From the human T2T-CHM13v2.0 reference genome, Homo sapiens, in NCBI RefSeq assembly GCF_009914755.1, contig NC_060926.1: DNA of 64,000 nucleotides; one strand, given 5' to 3'. Shown here one piece after another: positions 1 to 14,486 of the stretch. Numbering within the stretch: the first letter of the stretch is position 1; the number at the start of each line of letters is the position of its first letter. The notes below the pieces were generated by a model. The model worked only from the letters and a program-made list of their open reading frames with translations. It made no database searches and had not been told where the DNA came from. The position numbers and the translations under genes are program-made.

Positions 1-155
1 AGCAAAGGAGTCAGTCTGACGTCTGCCTGATGTTTCTGTCCCATGCATGCCACCTCTCCTTGGGAGCTGTGGACCATGGCCTCCAGCCCTTCCTGTCACA
101 GAGCCCTCCATGCCTCTATGCCCTGGGGCCCTGGCCGTGCAGCCTGCCCACCTGA

Positions 156-263
<108 letters not shown>

Positions 264-2049
264 TGAGCCCTGCTGCATACCACCCAGCAGCCTAGCTGCC
301 TTCAGCCCTGACTGGCCAGGGGCAGGCGGCCCTGGGGAAGGTGCTGGAGGCCCTAGGCTGCTGGGGGAACCACTGTTGGGAAAACCAATGCCTTGTGCTC
401 TGCACAAGAGGGACAAAGCTCAAATGGGGTGGGCACGATGACAGCAGAAAGCACAGGGTGCAGGCAGCCACCGCCCGGGCCACCACTCACTCTTCAGGGT
501 CCTCAGGCAGTGGCACACTCTGAGCCCGCTGACCGCAGAGCTCCTCCCACCCCTGGAGACTCAGCCTGCAGCTGGTGCTGGACCATGCTGCGGGTCGCTC
601 ATCTCTGACAGCCCCTTCCCCTCCGGCAGAGAGCAGGGGCTTGGGCATCCTCCCAGCCTGCCCCCGCCTGGCACCCTCCCAGCCTGCCCCCGCCTGGCAC
701 TCCGTTTCTGCTTTGGAGGAGCTGCTCTGACCAGACCCCCGGGGCCAGGCCCTGTCAGGCTGGCTTCCCCGGCTTCATTCCGTGCCCTCAGCTCTGTAAA
801 CACGGGAAAACACGTGGGAAACATTTCCACCAACCGGAGCCAAAAACATAATGTCCTGCAAGGCCAGCCACCACATCCCCACGCCCAGCGGCTGTGAGCC
901 TCCGCATCCAGGAACTGCGGCCGTCACGGTGGCAGGTGGCTGGAAGTGACTCAGATTCAAGTCCCCGTGACTCACTGGCCGCCAGAAGAAGGGGAGTGTA
1001 ACACTTAAAGCTGTTACAGAGCCTCCCATGTTCCCGGCCTGGAAATGCTGGGAACGGTCCTGTGGGACTCCGGCTGGGTTGCTATGGAGACCCAGGCGGC
1101 CATCTTGGGCCTGTGGCGTGGGCCACCTGTGTCCATCTGCACCCCTCGTCTCCATCACCGTTGCTCAGAGTGACTTGTTCTCCTCTCCAAAGGGCCGCAT
1201 GCTTTATAGGTGGTCATTTGTGATATCTGTGGGGCACCAGCCAGCCCAGTGAATCCCTGCATGTGCCACAGGGGCCTCCCGTCCCAGTCACAAGGACTCT
1301 GGCCTAAGGGTGCAAGGCCAGAGGCTCCCGGCCCCCACCCCATCACAGTTACTGTGAGCCTTGGCTGAATGTGCAACAGTGTCTATTTCAAGATCACTCT
1401 GGGACTTAAAATAGTCTGTCCTGGCACACCTGGTTTTCTGGTGGATTTAGTAATGGAGTTACCATATGCTGTAAATCATGCAAAATCAATAACTCAAGAG
1501 AGGTGGGCATATAGGCTCCTTCCTGTCTGTTACCTCTGCCTGATTGTTGGTGGCTGTGTTGAGAAGGATTCTGAGGCTCAGCCTGGGCTCTGAGGGGAAG
1601 AGCTTGGTGACCCATGAGTGGATGTTACTCTGGGCAAAGGAGGAGTCAGTGGTGGCACAGGTGCCCCGATAGGCACCCCCTGCCATGGCCAGTCAGGGGT
1701 GGAGGACAGCAGGCAGGCCTGCCCCCACTGCTGGAGAGTGCTCTGCCAGATGGTGGGTGGAGGGGGTCACTGAGAGGCAGCGTGTGGTGCTCAGGGCCTG
1801 GCACTTAGTAGGCATGTCCCTTCCCTGCCTTCCTTCCCCATTCGCAGTCTCCTCATAGAGGGGGCCTCCCGCTCTGCAGCCCAGCAGAAGGGCCTGAGGG
1901 ATGGCCAGGGCGGGAGGGAGGAACAGAAGTTCAAGGTTCCCAGTTGTGGGCAGGAGACTCAGCATCGGTCCCTCCAGCCCCCGGCAGCAGGAGCCCCCAT
2001 GTGTCCCCGGGAATGCGGTGTCCACGCCTCCCTCTTTGCATCCCTGCAG

Positions 2050-2065
2050 CGCCCAAAGGGACTGA
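2050..2065 (+). CDS. CROCC2: Terminal coding exon of upstream gene (completes H-A-Q-R-D-stop), followed by ~230 nt 3'UTR
   Basis: Acceptor ctctttgcatccctgcag at 2049; phase-2 join with exon 180-262 gives CAC GCC CAA AGG GAC TGA; AATAAA downstream. Confidence 0.5.
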
Positions 2066-2273
2066 AGCTCCCAGCACAGGGGAGGCGCCCAGCGTGGCTG
2101 CAGAGGAAGGGAACGCACCGCAGGTGGGAGGGGCCCAGCTGATTTCTCAGCGTCACAGTGAAAGGCACCCGTGATGAGACAGCTCGCTCTCGGCAGTTTC
2201 AGGACCCTCCTTGCCCTGGCTGCTCATGGGGAACATTTGAAATGCATGTGGGGGCCTCCGAATTTTGAATTTT

Positions 2274-2279
2274 AATAAA
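2274..2279 (+). terminator. Polyadenylation signal AATAAA of the upstream gene
   Basis: AATAAA in an AT-rich patch ~210 nt after the stop at 2063-2065. Confidence 0.55.
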
Positions 2280-5200
2280 TAGTTGAATCAGCGTAGGAGA
2301 TGCTATTTTAACTTATTCAACATAGAGACATGTATTTAGGAAAAGAGGATTTTTCTAGTGGAAATACATTGGCATTTTCTTAAACATGTCCAGCGGTCGT
2401 GTGTGGGCCTCTGTGTTCCGGTCTCATGATGACTGAGAACCGTGCTGGGGTTTGGAGAGCTCTCCCTCTGTTCTCGCAGCAGCCCTTTGAGCACCTGGTT
2501 TGCAGATGAGGAGGAAGCCTTGCTTTGGGACAAGTCTGCACCAGGTCGACAGGAGGGGTCAGGCCCAGGGACCCGACAGCCCAGGCCAGGGCTCCCCCTC
2601 CACCGGCCTCGCCCCAGACCCATCTGCCCAGTGAGGGGGCAGGCAGAGCCGTGTTAACCAGAGGATATGCCCCAGATGCTGGGGTCCCCCTGCCCCTTCA
2701 TGGAGGCAAGGCCAAGGGAAGAAAGGGCTGGACCCCTTCCCACGCACTCCCCAGAGTCAAGGGGAAAAGACCATGCGTGGCCTCCAGCCCAGGCCTGCCT
2801 GCACGGGGGTCCCAGCTGTGCCCCCACCAGCTGTGCAACCCAACCCTGGACAGATTCTTTAGGTTTTGGTTTCCCTGTCTATAAAGTGGGGTGACCCCAG
2901 CCCCAGAGGGCCATGGTGTGTCCTACGTGAAGTATCGCCCAGGCTGAGGCCAGAAGCACTCAGCTAACGGTGGAGGCACTGTCACCTGCAGCAGCCACGG
3001 CTCTGGGAGTGCCATGTCCATCTCCTTGCTGCCATCCCCAGCCACGGTCCAGCAGGGCCAGGGTACTCGAGGGAGCAGCCCCTGAGGCCAGCCTGGTGGA
3101 GGCGGCGCAGATCCGTGATGTTCCCAAGGGGAGGGTACTCTCAGGGTCTACCTCTAGAACCCACAGAGAGTCTGGGTGTCAGTGAAAACTCAGAGGTGGC
3201 TCTCAGGCCTGTCCCTGCAGGGGATGGACCCCCAGAACCACCTCATGGAGCTGGAGCCACACATACGCTTGCGACCTTGGAGGCCTCCATGGTCTGGCTC
3301 TTCCTCTGCCTGCCCTCTCCGGTGGGCAGAGGTGATAAATGTGCCTGAGGTTTCCGAAAGCCAGGAGACCCTCCCCCACACAAGGCAGGGATGCAGGCAG
3401 GGGCCCAGCTCCTGTCTGAGACAGAACACAAAATCCCTTCGGATTCCTGCCACCCTTGAGGCTCGCCGAGGAATGTGGGGCACGCAGGGGCTGTTGGAGG
3501 GTCCCATCCAGCCTCTGGCCAGGAAGCTCCGACGCTCTGACAGGCCCTCAGGTGCCTGGGTCCGGGGGCAGCACCCTTTGCAGGCATCCAGGGGTTGCAG
3601 ACCAACACAGGGAGGGGACAAATGGGAGAGGAAGGCCCCCTGGGGAGGGGGCACTGGAGGAGGGGCCATGTTGAACGCAGACGGCGGCACCCAAGGACAG
3701 GCCAGCCCTCTGAAGCACCCCAGGTTGAGGGAAGCACAAGCTTTGGTTGGCTGAAGCCGGGGCAGGAAGCCGGCCAGCTGGAACCAAGGGCATTGTTTAT
3801 CTGGGCTTCCAAAACATTCATACTTTTCAAATTAATTGCAAAAAATGTTAGCAGGGAAACATAGAAAGGAGAATGTAACCACCACCATAATCTGTGACCT
3901 GCAGAGCCCCGAGGTGACACCCAACTCTCCCTTTTTCTAGCACACGTGTGCTTAGGACGGTTGAGGCCATAGCGTGGATGCTACTCAGAGTACTATTTTT
4001 TAAAACTTTTGCTTGACACAATACCGTTAGAGTTTTCCCGAATCACTAAAAACGTCTCAGAGCATGGTTTTTTTGCTGCGGAAGCTCCGGGGCATCGGAG
4101 GACCCTGGGCCTGAGTGTCCCTCCACTGCTGGCTGTCCCTGCCATCCTGGAGCCCACAGAGAATGGGGCTCTGTCCTGTCTTGGGCACTCAGGAGATGGA
4201 CAAGGCTCTCAACGGGAGGCAGGGTCTCGTCATCCCCAGGACAGGGAGAGCCGATGCCTGAGCCCACGCAGCAGTGAACATCCTGGGAAGGAAGTGTTGA
4301 ACCCCAGTCCCATCGTTTCCCTAAGAGCAACCACAGAAGTCCCGTCATGGGAGTCAATGTGTGTGCGGCTCCGTGTGCATGAGAAGAGGAGGTACAGGGC
4401 AGGCTGCATGGCCCCCACACTCCCTCAGGGCCAACTGCACCAAGACCCCAACCAGCCACACAGGACAGTGACCAGGTGAGCAGGTGGAGCGGCCCTTGGT
4501 CCCTGTGACCTCCTGGCCTCATTCCGGAGCATGTGGAGGTTTACTTGGGATCAGCGCTTCTGGGGCAGGGGACCTGCACTCCACCTGCCACTTCTGGGAG
4601 AGAAGGAGAGAAAGTTAGGGTGGGCTACAGCCAGCCAGCCCCTGCCCCTGGCAGCTCAGGCCTGAACCCCCAGGATCTTCCACCCTGTGAAGACCAAACA
4701 GGCCCAGCCAACCAGGTGCAGGTTGGGGAGGGCACCCCCACCTTGGCCTGCGTGGAGCCCCGAGTCCTGGGGCATCCTGAGGGCAGCTCCCGGGGCACCC
4801 CATCTAAATTGCACACACGCTCAGGCCCTAAATTAAAATGTCACAGGCCGGTTGGGGAGGCTCGGGTTTCCTGGCCACAGAACATGAGCCTGCTTGATAA
4901 AACAATTTTGGTTTTGATAAATGTGGATTTTCTGTGGCAGAGACAAAGGCGCCCTTGAGTCCAGAGGGGAGCCTAAAACAGCACATTGCTGAAAAGTATT
5001 TCCTGATAATATTTTTAGCACCTGAGAAAAACATTTTTTTTTCTCTTTTTTGCCTGCAGAGTTGTGTTGTTTTTTTTTTGTTTTTTTTTTTTTAATGAAA
5101 TGTAATGCCCAGCAGCAGCGGGGCCTTTTGTTAACCCCCAGCTCCCCGGGCCCGGCTGAAAATCTGCACAGGGTGCAGGCCGAGGCTGGTCAGCAGGGTA

Positions 5201-7529
5201 CAGGCCCGAGGAAGTGTGGCCTCTCTGGGCCATGAGCAGGGTCTGGCCCACTGCCAGCCACGCCCCAGGCCCATGAGCTCTGACTCTCTGGGACGAGGAC
5301 GGGCCTGAGCGTTTCCAGCACTGCTCAGCGACCCCCGTGAGGCCCACCAGCCCACCCGCCTGAAGAAACAGGCCTCCACTCGGTGCAGCCACTGAGTGCC
5401 ACTGTGTGCCCCAAGGTGCCCTGGGCGGCCCTGCCCCCAAGTTGACCCAAACCCAGCCCAGAAATGGGTTGTTACCCAGGTCCCTGTCTTGTGTGCTCAA
5501 GAGAAGGTCAGCAGTGGGGAGAAGGGCGCCTGGCCTGGGCAGCTGGCTGGGAGGCAGCACCCCAGGCTGGGCTCTGAGAGCAGAGCAGGAGCATGTGGTG
5601 GGAAGTGGATGGGTAGTAGGGACAGGGCAGGAGGTGGGCCAGCCCTAGTGGGGGTCAAAGCCTCACGTCCCCATGACAACACCTCTTCAGCGGAGAAATC
5701 CTGCCCTGGGGTTGGCACTGCCGCCTCCCACCTTCGCAAACTCACCGGAGGGGCCTTCCAGCCAGGCCCCAAATGCACTGAAAAGAGGGTAGAGGGCTGC
5801 CAGGTTTTTCTAGAAAAAAGACAAATAGAAAAGCGTTCTCCCTGATTCCCGCCACGGTGACGCCTGGCAGCTCTGTTCCCAACGCTGCTACATGGGGCCT
5901 TGTCCTGACTCCACGGCCTGTGCCAGCCAGAGGTGGGAGCAGCCCTCCCTGACCAGGGAGGCCAGGGCTGGGCTGAGGAAGGGGTTAAAGCATGTTCTTG
6001 AGGCCCCACGTATGGGCATATGCTGCCTCCGTGCATGTGAATAAGTATGCATGTGTGCGTGGACGTGTGTGCATGTGCGTGGAGACATGTCTCTCCTTGC
6101 CAGGCTCTCACCGAGAGCCGGCCTCAAGTAGGGATTCTACAGTTCCACGCCCTCTCTGGTGCCTCCCTCCAAAGACAGGAGGCCTTGACCTTTCTGGCCC
6201 TGGAACCATGGCTGTGCTGCTGTCCTGGAGCTCTGAAAGCTGGGACGGTGACCTAAGGGCTAACTGCGGGACAGAGCCCTTCCCCTCCCAGGCCCAGTTT
6301 GCCTCTCTGCAAACAGAATTGCCACCCCATGCAGGGTGGGAGAGGCGCCAGGGGCAAGCTTTCAGGAGGTGCCAGTGCAGGGTCAGCTCCTCCTTAACAA
6401 TTCTGCACCCGGCCCTGACACCAAGTCTAAAGGGTCATGAACCTCTGAGTGAAAACACCAAGTGCAGGATCTGTGAGAACCGGCAACACCCAGTCACACG
6501 CAGAGAACCCTCCGCTGCTTCTTAAAAATAACATTGACTGTGCCTGGCTCTCACTGAAAAACAACACGTGCTCACTTGAGATATTTCAGAAGATACAAAC
6601 GCAAAGACAAACAAAAAACCACCCAGCACCTCAGTGGTAGATGCAGTTACCATCAGCCCGGCCTTTCCTGCTTGTCTTCGAGGGGTGCACTCTTATCTTT
6701 GGGGGCCCCAGTGTGGCACGCAGCCAACACCACCCAACACCAGGATCTAAGAGAAGAGACCACGGTGGGCCGGGTGAGTTCCAGGAATCAGACCCTGCCA
6801 TGGGCCTGGGGACATAGAGGTGGTCCCGGCTGAGGCCCTGAGGAAGGACAGACAGGCAGCCCAGGCCAGCAGCCCAAGAGACAGGGGGCAGGGCTGGCAG
6901 GCCACAGGGTGGGGACCCTGAATTCAAATACTGGGACTCAGAGTCCTGCCCCCACCTGCCAAGGCCGGTGTCATGCACGCACTTGCCCCCAGGGCCTGAG
7001 TGGGTCAGTCTTCCCCACGGAGGGTTTGCTTTACCCAGGGGTCGCCCCGAGGTCCCGAGCCTCCCAGGAATTTCTCCTGATGCGGCCACGCAGATGCAAA
7101 CACTTTGTTCCATGCCTCCTAGTCTCCGGCCCGGGCTCTTCCTCACACAGACCCAGGCAGGGAGTGGGCTCCGGGGTTAGTCTGCCCCTGTGGCTGGAAG
7201 CCTGGCGTCCCCATGCTCAGGGCTGGGAAGGGGGCAGCACGGAACGGGTTCATTCAGGCACTGCCTGGCCAGGGTCCCCTCCCGCCCCCCGCGTGATGAC
7301 ACGCCTTCAGGGCGGGCCCAGCGTCTCAGGCCTTAGGGACACAGGTCTGTCCCAGGACGGCACTGAGGGCCCAGGCGCCTCCACCAGGGTAGGGACCCAG
7401 GGCGGAGCATGGCCCCACCACAGGGCGCGCGCCCGCAGAGCCCTCACCTTGCCTGTGCCCACGCCAGGGGACTGAGCTCCCCGCGCGCCCGCGCCCTCCC
7501 ACGGGGCCTGGCGCTTTAAGAGACGCCCG

Positions 7530-8159
<630 letters not shown>

Positions 8160-8924
8160 TGAGGACAGCGCTTCCTCCTCGGCGGCCAAGGCCGGACAGC
8201 GGCCCGCGGGAGAGGCGCGCGGGCGGGGCGGGGGCGGCAGCCGCCGGGCACCGAGGCGGGGGCGAGTGGAGCGCGGCGCCCCGGCCCCTGCCAGACCTGC
8301 CGAGCGCGTCTTCCCGGCGCCTGATTCCCAGGGGAGAGCAGGGGTCCTGGTACTGCCCTGGTTTTCACACATGGCAATGTGGCCGTGGGCACGGGCTTCC
8401 CGGGCCTCAGTTTCCCAAGTGGGGCGCCGGGCCTGCGAAGGTTGCAGCCCCTCCTTGGGCCATTTCAGCCCCGCCCCCCGTGGACGCCAGTGCGGCCCAG
8501 AGCCAGGAGGCTGGACCCCTTGCCCAGGCGCTCAGGGCAGGGCCTGCTTCTTCGCTGACCCTCCTAGGCGGGCTAGCAACAGGCTTGCCCCTCCCTGCCG
8601 TCCTCTCCGCAGTCTGGGGGCTGGCCGCTCAGGCTCAGACTCTCCAAACAGGACTCCCAGTGGGACTCCTGGGGCCAGGGACTCATGACAGCAGGCTCAG
8701 CTCAGCTGAAGGAACAGGCCCGAGTGCCGGTTCTGTCTCCATGGCTCCCAGAGTGTGACCCCAGGCCAAGCCCTTATGGCAGCCCAGGGAATGAAATGCA
8801 CCTGGTAACTGCATGGAGCACTCGCCCTGAGTAGGCCACGGTGCACTGGTACCTGGTGGTTCCCTGAAACACCCCAGATCATATCTAGAAAACTGCTGGG
8901 CCAGCCTCAAGTAGAGTCCCCTCC

Positions 8925-9285
8925 AGCTCCGTCACCACGGCCACCTCCACCATCAGCCCTCTCATACCCTCGCCCACCTCCAGCCTCAACCCACTGCCAG
9001 CCACATCGCCTCTGCCATCTGTGCTGCCCGGAGTAACACCACCTGTACTGCCAACTCCTCCGTCAACACCACCTCCTTCAACCCCACCACCAGCAGCACT
9101 GCCTCCACCACCACCTTCCCCATGGTCCCCAGCTTCCCGTCGTCACCATCCACATCCTCTGCATGGTTGTCATCATCCCTCCCCACCTCCATCCACAGGG
9201 CCTCCTCCACCACATGCCCTCTAGTGCGCCTCCCACCCCACAACTGCCAACACCATCCACAGCGCCCACTGCGTTTTCCACACCT
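8925..9285. repeat. Degenerate (CCA)n low-complexity tract
   Basis: Runs of ccaccacc/ccatcc; strong C/A skew. Confidence 0.7.
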
Positions 9286-12200
9286 GCTCAGGAAGGCCTC
9301 CCCACCTCGGTGGCAGCACTGGGTGACCTGACTGGTGGGAGGGGCAGCCATGCTGTCGGTGCTACCCCCTGAAAGTCCCTCTGGACCGGGACTTGGACAG
9401 AGGAACGGGACTGACTCCTGGAAGTACGAAGTGGGTAGGACAGAATGGTGCTCAGCGTTGGCCCGAGCTGGAGGAGGCCTGTCCACTTGAGGTATGGGAC
9501 ACTCACATTGGCACCATCCGAACAGAACTCAAGAGGCTCCTTAAGCATTTGGGCCAGGCTCAGCTTTCCCACTCACAGTCACAGGTGAAAATATTATTAA
9601 AATGGTTAACCCACTTAACAGCCTCACCAAAAACATCTGCCCTTGCCAGAGCAACTAGGGGAAACAGCTCTAACGTGGGAAGATCTGCTAGGAGAACTAG
9701 GGTTTCGTCAGAAATGAACCTTCTGGCTGCTAACAAAACATTTATCTCCATCGGAGCTTTTTCCTGAAACAAAGATATTATTTGAAAACCATTTGCCGAT
9801 GTGGACACAGTGCCTGCAGTGCACTTCACCTTTCTGTTTGCTCAGCAGGAGGCTTGAGGCTGCGTTGCCCAGGACACCTTGCCTGAAGTAACTGTGCGGA
9901 CTCTGTGGTCAAGCAGGGAGAGAGAAAGGGGTGCTTGGCAGCAGGTTAGGGCTGAAGCCAGGTGGAAAGAAGGGAGGCATTTGTTCTGAAGGAAGTGGAC
10001 CTGCCTGGGGCCTCCCACGCCCACCCAGGCCGAGCGGACCCTCTTCTGAGGCCCCTGGCTCTGGCCCTTGTCCAGCTCCAGTCTATAGGGGCCTCGTGTC
10101 TGCTGGCCCTGGACTCAGACTCCCATGTCAGGCCCAGCCAGGACCCTCCAGCCCCCATCCCACTGCAGTGACCTCTGCGCTCCTCCGCCCCCAGCCTGTC
10201 GCTTGACCAAGAGTAGGCTTGTTGTCTGAATGAATGAATGTGCCTCCCTCTGACACTGCCTGCAAGTCACAGGTAGAAATTAGAAGTGCTCTTGCATGAG
10301 ATGGGTGCTTCTTCTGTCTTCATCAGAAATAGCACATGGATTACTGCCCTAGCAAGACAGCTCTGCCACACATGGAGTGGCCCCCTTTCCAGAAGGGACC
10401 CATTGTTTTGCTTCTTTCTCATGTCATAGTAGCTGTATGTGTGTGGTAAGTCGTAAGGCTCTGAAAAGTGTTGAAAGTGCATTTTATTGCTAAGGTTCTA
10501 CACACAGACAAAGATAATGCAGCCGAGGAGCGTGGCGCGCCGAGGAGTGTGGCGTGCTGAGGAGTGTGGCATGCTGCCGCTATCCTGCCATGCAGGAACT
10601 GCCAGTGTCTGCATTAAGACGGAGCTTGCCGCGGTCTGTGGGGCTTATGCAGGTGGAGTGGTTTCCTAGGGGCAGGTGCAGGGAATGAGAGACGAAATCT
10701 TCCTGGTGCCCCCTACACTGAAGCTCCTGGCTCCAAGCACTGCCCCCATCCACAGCATGGTCTCTGGGCCATGGGAGGATCTCAGTTTCTTTGGCATCAG
10801 GACCCCCGACAGAGCCCTGAGCAGAGGCAGGGAGGATTTGAGGGTCAAGAGTGGGTGGTGCCCTGCAGAGCCCGCAGGCAAGAAGGAGGAATGTGGACAG
10901 TCAGACTGACCCTCGCTGGTGCTGGCTAAACCCCCACTCTGTGCCCTGAGGCTTCGTGCCACACCGCAAGTCTGCTGGCTCTGGCTCTGCACAACATTAC
11001 CATCCAGGCACAGTCCCGGCCCTACCCCTCCCAGAACACGGAGCCCAGGGCAGCTGCTCTGGTGTGGGAGTTCACATGCAGCCTGTGACCTTTGCCTGGT
11101 CATTTCCTCCCTGAGCCTCTGTCTCCCCATCTGTGTGGTGAAGCTCCCCCATCAGGTCATACCTGTGACACACCCCATCACTGTCACGGTTGTGTGGTCG
11201 CCAGCTCCAAGCCATCTGGAAAATCCACCCTGACCCACAGGGACTGTCTCAGTGGGACCGAGGCCTGCGCATGAGTGGATCTGGGAGCAGACATGTGGGG
11301 AGAAATCACTGCCATCTCTGCTCTCTTCTGAGCTCATGAAACACCCCAGCAAATGCAGGAGCCCCTTGGCTGGGAGGAGGGTCCTGGGCTTCCCCTTGGC
11401 TGCCCTATTCACTGAGGTTCCCGGGCTGGCCCACCCCCTGCTATGGGCTTGGCCAAGGTGGTCCTGCCCCTCATCAGCATGCCCTTCTTGCTGCTGCCTG
11501 GGTGTGACGGAAGCAGATGGAAGGGGATCCTGGGGAAGTGGAATGGGGCTGGAGTCGAGGAGGATGCTGGAGTGAGAGAGCCTGATGACTCCAGGTCAAG
11601 GCCATGAGCCCAGGACAGCTGTGATCTGCCTGGACCTCACAGGCAGCCCCTGAGAGGATGGAGCAGGACGTCATGCCCAGTGCAGATGAGGAAACCGAGG
11701 CTCAGAATGCAGATTCAGGGGCCTTCAGACTCCTGCGTCCAGCTGCCTCTTACTGTGCCACCCCAAACTCAGTGGGACCCAAACAGAAGTCCTGCTTCCT
11801 CCCTGGCGCCCACCCATCTCCATGAATAAACCCCTGAGAGCCTCCCCAATGCCTCCCTCCTCTCCCTCACCCTCCACGTCAGCAGCAGCTCCGCCTGCCT
11901 CTCTACTTGGACCACTTCCCAGCTGTCCATCCCCACTTGCCTGGACACCTGCAGCACCCCCTTGCTGACCTCCAGCTCTTGGCCTTTCCCTCCAGCCTGC
12001 CCTCCTCTGTGCAGAGTGACCAAGGGAGCCATACAAAACACCAGTGGGATCCTGTCTCTCCTCGCCAGAATCCCCGCTACGCTTCCCTGCCCCCCTCCGC
12101 CCTCCCCCGGGCCCCCCGCTCAGGCACTCCCCCAGCCCCACCCTCTGTGCTCACTGCAGCTTGTTGGTTCTGACCTCAGCTGGGTTGCTCCTTAGTTTTC

Positions 12201-13691
12201 TTGTTTGGGAGGTGTTGGGATGTGCACCCCATGAAGGCAGGGACCACATCCATCCTCATGCCACCATTCTGGTGTTGGGCTCAGAATAGGCCTCAGACGA
12301 CAGCCTGGGGCTGCAGTGGTGGTGGTGCCCTGGTGAAGGACTCTCTCTTCCACCCCTGCTGAGGCCAGAGGATGCATGCAGCAAGATGCCTGCACCCTGA
12401 GCAGTAAGTCCTCCTGTGCCACATCCACATGGTGGGCTCATGGTCTTGGCCACCAGCACATTTCTGCACCGTGTGTTCCCCAAAGCAGAAGCAGTCCCAC
12501 CTTCCCTGACAGGGTGAGCCTTAGCCTGGGAGTCAGCTTTTCCACACAGAGATGCAGGACCTGCACACTTCAGCCTCAGCCCACAGCCGACTCCCTCCCA
12601 GGACTGGCCTGACCCATGGCACAGGCACAGCTGTTGGAACATGGTAGTGTGGTAGGGGGTCCTGGCTGCATGCTGGGCCCCATAAGGAAAGTCTCTGTCT
12701 GCACTGCCCCACCTCTGCAGGTGACCTGCTTAGAGAAGAGACTCACAGGGAAGACAGGTCAGTTTGTGTGATACTGACATGAAGTGTTATCTGTGACACT
12801 TCTGTGTGTGATGGGCCACGAGAAGCCATAAGGCTGCACACAGGAGCAGCAATTTGTAAAGGTGACCAAAAAAATGTTGGTTATCATTTATACTGCCCTC
12901 TGCCTTCTAACATCTCTGGTTTCTGATGAGCCCTTTCTTGGCTGAGTGAGCTGGAATAGGGCTGGAAGCCCCTGGGCTGGACAGGGCCAGGCTGTCCTAT
13001 GTGAGGAAGGAGAGAAGCTGATGCATGTATGGAGGGGAAGATCCTGGAGTGGGGATGAGCCTGGGGGTGAGGCTGGCCTCTGCTTGAGGCACAAAATGAT
13101 CCCCACATCCCACCAGGGGAGCCATGAAGAAAGGAGATGTATATAGGTAGTGGGCACAACACTGATAAAACTGCAGTCTGAGCATTTGTTGTGGCTTCTT
13201 GTTCTGGCTTCCTGTGAAATCTTCAGCAAAACCCTTACCACACCTTAATGACTGTGGCCTTGATTGTCTTTCTTGTAAATGCTAAAAAAAAGAAGTGTAG
13301 TACTGATTTTTTTTAATCCAGCCTGACAAATCTCTTCCTTTTAATTAGAGTGTTTTAGACCATTTACATTTAATGTAATTATCAATATGGTTGAATTTTA
13401 ACCTATCATCTTCCTATTTGTTACATCTGTTCTCTATAGTTTCTTCTTTTGGATTTTTAAAAATAATTTCATATTATCTATACTATTGGCTTATTACCTA
13501 CACCTCTGATTTTATTTTTTTGTGATTATTCTAGATTTAAAACACATTTTTAACATAGTTTACCTTCAAATAATATTATACTCTTTCAAGTATGATATAA
13601 TAATCTTATAACAGCATACATCCATTTTCCTTCTGGCCCTCATGCTATTGTTGTCATATATATTACTTTACACATGTTATAAACCCAATAA

Positions 13692-14003
<312 letters not shown>

Positions 14004-14164
14004 AATGTTTTTTTTCTTTAAAACAGTCAATTATCATTTAAAGAGATTAAAATTAGAAAGTCTTTTATATTTACCCACATATTTACTATTTCCAGTCTTC
14101 TTCATTTCTTTGTGTAGGTCCAGATTTCTTTTTTTAAAAAATTTTTATTTTTTAAATTTTAGTT

Positions 14165-14486
<322 letters not shown>

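Noticed and set aside
8986-9486. S/T/P/H-rich or V/E/G-rich ORFs
   Set aside because: Derived from the (CCA)n low-complexity tract.
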